DNA from: Nitrospinaceae bacterium
GTDB taxonomy: Bacteria; Nitrospinota; Nitrospinia; Nitrospinales; VA-1
Direction: 5' to 3'
Assembly (NCBI GenBank): GCA_046754465.1
Contig: JBHHVU010000011.1
Span: 11,436-75,435, forward strand
Length of the DNA: 64,000 nt
Shown: in pieces, positions 58,825 through 64,000 of the stretch
How positions within the stretch are numbered: the stretch's first letter is position 1
Layout of the letters: each line of letters starts with the position of its first letter
Made by a program: the position numbers and the translations under genes
Notes under the pieces: model-generated
Seen by the model: only the letters and a program-made list of their open reading frames with translations
Told to the model about the DNA's origin: nothing
Databases searched by the model: none

Positions 58825-60390
58825 ATGGAAAATAATCAGAAAGTCAGCCAGGCGGCCGGAGTGGTAAGTGGTATGACCCTTGTGTCTCGTGTGTTTGGTC
58901 TTTTACGGGATCTGGTCATCGCCATGAAGTTTGGATCCTCGGCGGCCGCGGATGCATTTTTCGTCGCCTTTCGCATTCCCAACATCCAACGCAAAATCCT
59001 GGCCGAGGGAGCCGTGAGCGCCGCCTTCGTTCCGGTGTTTTCCGATATTCTCAATAATCAGGGAAAAACCAAGGCTTGGGAAATGGCGGGCAACCTGTTC
59101 AATCTGCTGTCCGCCCTTCTGGTGACCACCACCCTGGGAATCATTATTTTCAGTCCGGGTGTGGTCACGGTCTTCGCCCCGGGTTTCCTGGACAACCCCG
59201 AGAAATTTGAGTTGACCGTCAAACTCACTCGCTGGATGGCTCCCTACCTCATATTCATCGGTCTGGCGGCGTTCTGCATGGGCATTTTGAACACCCTCAA
59301 CGTCTTCGCGCTTCCGGCGGCGGGACCCATCCTTCTCAACATCAGCATGGTGTTCGGGGCTCTAGTTCTTTCTCCCCAAATGGAGGAGCCGGTGCTGGGA
59401 CTGGCCATCGGCGTCCTGGCGGGGGGTGTCCTGCAATTCTTGATTCAAATTCCGGAAATTGTCCGCCAGGGATTCCGGCTGGTCAAAACCTTCAACCGGA
59501 AACACCCGGAAATCCTAAAAATCGGCAGGCTCATGGTTCCGGTGGTCCTGGGCCTGGCCGTGTACGAGCTGAATATGCTGGTAGACACCCTGCTCGCCTC
59601 TTTGCTTCCAGATGGCTCCATTTCGTTCCTCTATTATGGCAACCGGCTTGTCCAGCTTCCCCTTGGAATATTTGGGGTGGCCCTGGGGGTGGCCCTCCTT
59701 CCCATGCTTTCGGAGCAGGCGGCACGAAAGGACTTCCCCGAACTGATAGAAACCCTGGCTTTCGGAATCCGCCTGATCCTTTTCATAACCATTCCCGCCA
59801 CGGTGGGATTGATCATTCTTCGATTTCCCATCGTCAACACGCTCTGGGAACGAGGGGAATTCACCCGGGCCACCACCGAGGGCACCTGCATCGCCCTGTT
59901 GTATTACTCCATCGGACTCTGCGCCTTCGCGGGCATCAAGGTGATCGCCCCCGCCTTTTATTCCCTTCAGGATACGAAGACCCCGGCAAAGATCGGGGTA
60001 TACTCCATGCTCCTCAATATTGTGCTAAACCTGATCTTGATAGGGCCCATGAAACATGGGGGACTGGCCCTGGCCACTTCGCTTGCTTCCTTATTCAATG
60101 TGACGATGTTGATCCATTGCCTGAGAAAACGCCTGGGGCGGATGGGTGGCCGCAAGATCTTGATCTCCTCTCTGCGTTTGACCCTTTCCGCAGGGTTAAT
60201 GGGCGTTTTCATTTTTTTCTGCAGTCTGGAGTATTTTGATCCCCGCGCCGCCCTGGGAGAAAGGGTGCTGGTTTTGACCGGCTGCATCGCCGCGGGGGTC
60301 TTGCTGTTCGCAACCCTGTCGCACCTGATGAAAAATGAGGAGTGGGCTTTTCTCCGCAACCTAGCCAAAAACCGGCGGGAAATAAAATGA
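58825..60390 (+). CDS. murJ: Lipid II flippase MurJ (MviN)
   Basis: SRVFGLLRD, DAFFVAFRIPN, EGAVSAAFVP, RLVQLPLG, FYSLQDTKTP. Confidence 0.96.
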   Translation: MENNQKVSQAAGVVSGMTLVSRVFGLLRDLVIAMKFGSSAAADAFFVAFRIPNIQRKILAEGAVSAAFVPVFSDILNNQGKTKAWEMAGNLFNLLSALLVTTTLGIIIFSPGVVTVFAPGFLDNPEKFELTVKLTRWMAPYLIFIGLAAFCMGILNTLNVFALPAAGPILLNISMVFGALVLSPQMEEPVLGLAIGVLAGGVLQFLIQIPEIVRQGFRLVKTFNRKHPEILKIGRLMVPVVLGLAVYELNMLVDTLLASLLPDGSISFLYYGNRLVQLPLGIFGVALGVALLPMLSEQAARKDFPELIETLAFGIRLILFITIPATVGLIILRFPIVNTLWERGEFTRATTEGTCIALLYYSIGLCAFAGIKVIAPAFYSLQDTKTPAKIGVYSMLLNIVLNLILIGPMKHGGLALATSLASLFNVTMLIHCLRKRLGRMGGRKILISSLRLTLSAGLMGVFIFFCSLEYFDPRAALGERVLVLTGCIAAGVLLFATLSHLMKNEEWAFLRNLAKNRREIK

Positions 60391-60476
60391 CTTTACCCTG
60401 CGCGCGGGGTCTTGTTTTATATCTTTCTTCCTCTATAATGTGCCCCCAAACAAATTACTGAAAGGACGTTACCAGC

Positions 60477-61097
60477 ATGATAGCCTGTCTGGATTTGGAA
60501 GGGGTTCTGGTTCCAGAAGTGTGGATTGCCTTCGCGGAAAAAACGGGGATAGAAAAACTGCGCTTGACCACGCGGGATATTCCGGATTATGACGTTCTCA
60601 TGCGGGGCCGGCTAAAGATCCTGGAGGAAAACAATCTGAAACTCGCCGATATCCAGGAAGTGATTGCCGGCATCGCCCCGCTGCCGGGCGCCTTGGAATT
60701 TCTGCGCTGGTTGAAGTCCGAGTTCCAGGTCATCATCCTTTCCGACACCTTCTACGAGTTTGCCGGACCCTTAATGGCCCAATTGGACTATCCTACCCTT
60801 TTTTGTCACAGCCTAGTGGTCGATCCCAAGGGCCGCATCACCGATTACCGGCTGCGCATCAGCGATGGAAAAATCAAGGCGGTGGAAGCGCTCAAGGGGC
60901 TCAATTTTCAGGTAATCGCGGCGGGGGATTCCTACAACGACACGGGAATGCTCCAAAAAGCCCACGCGGGCATTCTTTTTCGTCCGCCGGACAACGTGGT
61001 GCGCGAGTTCCCGCAATTCCGGGTCACCCGAACCTACGAGGAACTTCGCGAGGCGTTGACGGACACCCGGGAAACCCTGCTTCGCGCCTCGGCCTGA
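60477..61097 (+). CDS. thrH: Phosphoserine phosphatase / homoserine phosphotransferase ThrH
   Basis: [41 protein letters not shown]. Confidence 0.95.
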   Translation: MIACLDLEGVLVPEVWIAFAEKTGIEKLRLTTRDIPDYDVLMRGRLKILEENNLKLADIQEVIAGIAPLPGALEFLRWLKSEFQVIILSDTFYEFAGPLMAQLDYPTLFCHSLVVDPKGRITDYRLRISDGKIKAVEALKGLNFQVIAAGDSYNDTGMLQKAHAGILFRPPDNVVREFPQFRVTRTYEELREALTDTRETLLRASA

Positions 61098-61103
61098 TAA
61101 ACG

Positions 61104-61631
61104 TCAACGGATCTCCGAATCCAGATCCGTTTTGGAAACCCATCCCGTTTTCCCTTTCACGGTGATTTTCCACCAATCCTCATTGCCTTCGAGGATATTC
61201 ACCCGGGTATCCTTTTTCAGAACCAGCAACACCGGGGCCTTGGCCGACGGGTCCTTGCGGACCTTGGCCCGGGTGATTTTCACCCTGTGAATGGTTTTAA
61301 AATCCACGTCCTGGGGAGTCCCCTTATGAACCCGGGATTTCAATCCCGCGGGGGTGGAACTGGGATCCTTAAACCAGGCCTCCGGGTTGAGATCCAGTTT
61401 GAAGACCGCCAGGGCGCCAAACAACAAAACAATAAGCAGGATCCGGAATAAGGTCTGCCCTTTTCCCATTCCCTCATCAGGCTCCTCCTCGGGTGGATTC
61501 GGGGGACCGCAATGGGGGCAAAACGTCGCTCCCGGGGGCAGGGGTTCCCGGCAGACGGAACAATATTCCTGTCCAGGATCTTCATCGGAGTCATCCCTCC
61601 GGCGCGCCTTCCCGATCAAAGAATCGTTCAT
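61104..61631 (-). CDS. Zinc-ribbon + TM + bacterial SH3 domain protein
   Basis: CSVC..FCPHCG, one TM, VRKDPS...WWKI...TGWV. Confidence 0.75.
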   Translation of the reverse strand: MNDSLIGKARRRDDSDEDPGQEYCSVCREPLPPGATFCPHCGPPNPPEEEPDEGMGKGQTLFRILLIVLLFGALAVFKLDLNPEAWFKDPSSTPAGLKSRVHKGTPQDVDFKTIHRVKITRAKVRKDPSAKAPVLLVLKKDTRVNILEGNEDWWKITVKGKTGWVSKTDLDSEIR

Positions 61632-61648
61632 GGTTTTCGGTTCCTCTC

Positions 61649-63172
61649 CTACAGTTGATAAATGCCGCGGTATTTATTCTTAAGGGAGTTTATGAAATGG
61701 TCCGGATTCAATGGCTCCCCGGTCACCTTACGAACGAGTTCCCCGGGGGTGAAGAGTCTTCCCTGCCGGTGGATTTTCTCATTCAGCCAAGCGCGGATGG
61801 GGGTGAAATTTCCCTGTTCGATCCACTGCCCGGTTTCCGGGATGTCCCGGACCATGGCCCGGTAAAACTGGCACGCGTACATAGCGCCCAGGGTGTAAGA
61901 CGGGAAATAACCAAAGGCGCCGCCGCTCCAGTGAACATCCTGAAGAACTCCCAGCGTATCCGTGGGAGGACGAATTCCCAAATATTGTACCATTTTGTCA
62001 TTCCAGAGTTCCGGCAATTCGCCGACGCTGACCGAACCGTCAAACAAGTCCCTTTCGATTTCGTAGCGGAGGATGATGTGTAGGGGATAGGTCACCTCAT
62101 CCGCTTCCACCCGGATGAAAGACGGTTGGCAGGCATTGACCGCCCGGTACAGCGCATCGGCGGTCACTCCATTGAAGTTCGCGGGAAAGGTGGCGCGAAA
62201 GGTGTCCAGGTAATGGACACAAAAAGGTTTGCCCTGGGCGATCATGCGTTCCCAGAAAAGAGACTGCGATTCGTGGATCCCCATGGTCAGGGTTTCCGAG
62301 ACGGGCAGATCCCTCCCCTCCTGCATCCGTCCCTGCTCGTAAAGTCCGTGGCCGGTTTCATGAATCACTGCGTACAGGGATTCGATGAAGTTATCCGTCC
62401 GGTACCGCGTGGTGATGCGGACATCGGTCGGATGTCCCCCGCCGCAAAAGGGATGAACCGACACATCCATCCGTCCCTCATCAAAGCAAAACCCCATGTC
62501 GCGGGAAATTTTTCTCCCGAGAGCTTCCTGTTTGCCGATGGGAAACTCCCCTTTCAGGAACGAATCGTCCGGGGAGCGGCCATTTTCCCGGATATCCCGG
62601 ATGAGGGGAACCAATTCCCCTTTAAGCCGTTCAAAAATGGGAGTGATCTGCGCCATCGTAGTCCCACGTTCAAATAGATCGATATTCGCGTCGTAGGGCG
62701 CCTTGTCCGGGTACACGTGATGCGCCCAGAGGGTCTTGAGTTCCACGAATCGTTTCAGGACGGGAGCGAAATCGGCGAAGCGGTTTTCCTTTCTGGCTTT
62801 GGCCCAGATCTGATGCCCCCGTGACCCCAGTTCCGCCATTTCCTTCACCAAGTCGGCGGGAACACGGATTTCAATATCATAATCCCGTTTGGCTTCCCGA
62901 ATGTTGCACGCCTGGGAAACATCGAACGCGGAATGATTTTCCTGAAGCGCCTGAACGAGGCGGTCCAGGCATTCCCCGAGTTTGGGATCGGTGGATTTTT
63001 CATGAAGAACCCCCGCCAAGGCGGCCATCTGCTTTGCCCGGGCGGCCGCGGCCCCCGGCGGCATCATCACTTCCTGGTCCCAATGAAGCGTGCTCATTAC
63101 CCCGCCGAGACGCGTGATCTCTTCCAATTTCTCCACCAGATCCCGGTAAATTTCTTTCAAATCCGTTTCCAT
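61649..63172 (-). CDS. Carboxypeptidase M32 (Taq) family
   Basis: WDQE, HPF, DVRITTRY, HETGH, HESQS, IRVEADE, LQDVHW, GYFPSY; start at ATG 63172. Confidence 0.95.
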   Translation of the reverse strand: METDLKEIYRDLVEKLEEITRLGGVMSTLHWDQEVMMPPGAAAARAKQMAALAGVLHEKSTDPKLGECLDRLVQALQENHSAFDVSQACNIREAKRDYDIEIRVPADLVKEMAELGSRGHQIWAKARKENRFADFAPVLKRFVELKTLWAHHVYPDKAPYDANIDLFERGTTMAQITPIFERLKGELVPLIRDIRENGRSPDDSFLKGEFPIGKQEALGRKISRDMGFCFDEGRMDVSVHPFCGGGHPTDVRITTRYRTDNFIESLYAVIHETGHGLYEQGRMQEGRDLPVSETLTMGIHESQSLFWERMIAQGKPFCVHYLDTFRATFPANFNGVTADALYRAVNACQPSFIRVEADEVTYPLHIILRYEIERDLFDGSVSVGELPELWNDKMVQYLGIRPPTDTLGVLQDVHWSGGAFGYFPSYTLGAMYACQFYRAMVRDIPETGQWIEQGNFTPIRAWLNEKIHRQGRLFTPGELVRKVTGEPLNPDHFINSLKNKYRGIYQL

Positions 63173-63428
63173 AAAATCCCCGGTTTGAACTTCATTGACA
63201 AAAAGGAAAATTTTCCGCAACACCCCAGGGGTATCGTCGCAAGGCAAAATTGCATCATACGCGAGGGGCCGGCACTGAACCTGTCAAAGCAACCCCTCCT
63301 TGCCAAATTCCCGTCCGGGATATTTTCCGTAACGATATAAAAAAACCATGAACCCAATTTGGCCATAAACCTGATATAATTCTCGCATCCTGTTATCCCG
63401 CCCACAAATATTATTTTCGGAAAAAACC

Positions 63429-63680
63429 ATGAAACCTGATCAGGAAACGTCACGAACCATTCAGGGCCGGCTGGAGGTTTTGACCAAAGGCATGGTGAGC
63501 GAAGAAAATTCGGTGCAATATTACGAAACCCTGATCGGCCAGACACCCGCCGATACGGAGGAGAACATCGGCAAACGGCGAATGTACGGGGACCTGAAAC
63601 AGGAAGAAATGAAGCACGTGGAAAAATTCAAATCCCTCATCCGACACTGGGAGGAAAAGTTGCGGGAACTGGAAGAGTAA
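63429..63680 (+). CDS. Small ferritin/rubrerythrin-like two-helix protein
   Basis: EENSVQYY...LKQEEMKH (E...ExxH half di-iron motif). Confidence 0.6.
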   Translation: MKPDQETSRTIQGRLEVLTKGMVSEENSVQYYETLIGQTPADTEENIGKRRMYGDLKQEEMKHVEKFKSLIRHWEEKLRELEE

Positions 63681-63711
63681 AAGCCCTCCTGGGCGGTGGA
63701 TCCCTTGAGAC

Positions 63712-63849
63712 GAATCTGTCCCAAAATCTGTGTAAATGGCCATAGAGGGAAGTTATGATGTTTCCCGACAACCATCCATTTTTTAGGATGGAAAGATGGC
63801 GATACGACAAGAGTTGTTGGACGAGCTGTTAAAGGAACACCCATCGCCG
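63712..63849 (+). mobile_element. IS256-family left-end remnant with truncated transposase
   Basis: GAATCTGTCCCAAAATCTGTGTAAAT resembles IS256-type terminal repeats; ATG 63796 reads MAIRQELLDELLK, then similarity stops. Confidence 0.6.
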
Positions 63850-64000
63850 TGTAGAATATCTAAATTGGGAGACCATCTACAAAAGCAATTGTCACTTACC
63901 CCCTTAATTGGCCGGTGTTCTCACCCCACTCTGTGCTCCGTAACCACTTTTTCCGTAACGATAAACAGTTGATTTGTCCTTATTTTCAATTTCTCTGATG
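63850..64000. mobile_element. Possible end of a second IS inserted into the IS256 remnant (runs off the window)
   Basis: Transposase similarity is lost exactly at TGTAGAATATC...; TGT ends are typical of IS481/IS21/IS3-type elements; AT-richer sequence. Confidence 0.35.

Noticed and set aside
63323..63963. 15-bp direct repeat TTTTCCGTAACGATA at 63323 and 63949 as att sites
   Set aside because: No integrase or tRNA nearby and the second copy lies inside the putative IS segment; chance cannot be excluded

Overview
A 64-kb, gene-dense bacterial chromosome segment of moderately high GC. Gene content and style suggest a flagellated diderm chemolithotroph, possibly Nitrospinota/Nitrospirota-like; this is an inference, not a database result. 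The left half is mostly housekeeping: bioC, a Maf-type flagellin glycosyltransferase, a DnaJ-family chaperone, a PyrR-attenuated pyrR-pyrB-pyrC-carA-orf-carB operon, nth, two lytic transglycosylases, scattered flagellar genes, coaE, an HPr-domain fusion, an HNH nuclease and a VOC/FAD-oxidoreductase pair. The 39.5-54.1 kb region holds two accessory modules. (1) A redox cluster: triheme c7-type cytochrome, a Cyc2-like cytochrome-porin fusion, and an operon with GYD protein, pentaheme cytochrome, low-potential-type Rieske, split cytochrome b6/subunit IV and a membrane-anchored pentaheme cytochrome. (2) An atypical Cus-type operon: a CutF/CruR-like CxxC..PP leader ORF, TolC, CusB, an inserted membrane HD-GYP-YHS fusion, and a CusA that keeps its Met copper site but has lost both the Asp405 and Lys984 proton-relay equivalents. 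This operon is the best candidate for an undescribed system, possibly copper sensing coupled to c-di-GMP rather than ordinary efflux. The right end has a MoxR AAA pair, mlaC, murJ, thrH, an M32 carboxypeptidase and an IS256-like remnant apparently cut by a second insertion. No rRNA, tRNA or CRISPR array was seen. All product calls come from motif recognition by eye.
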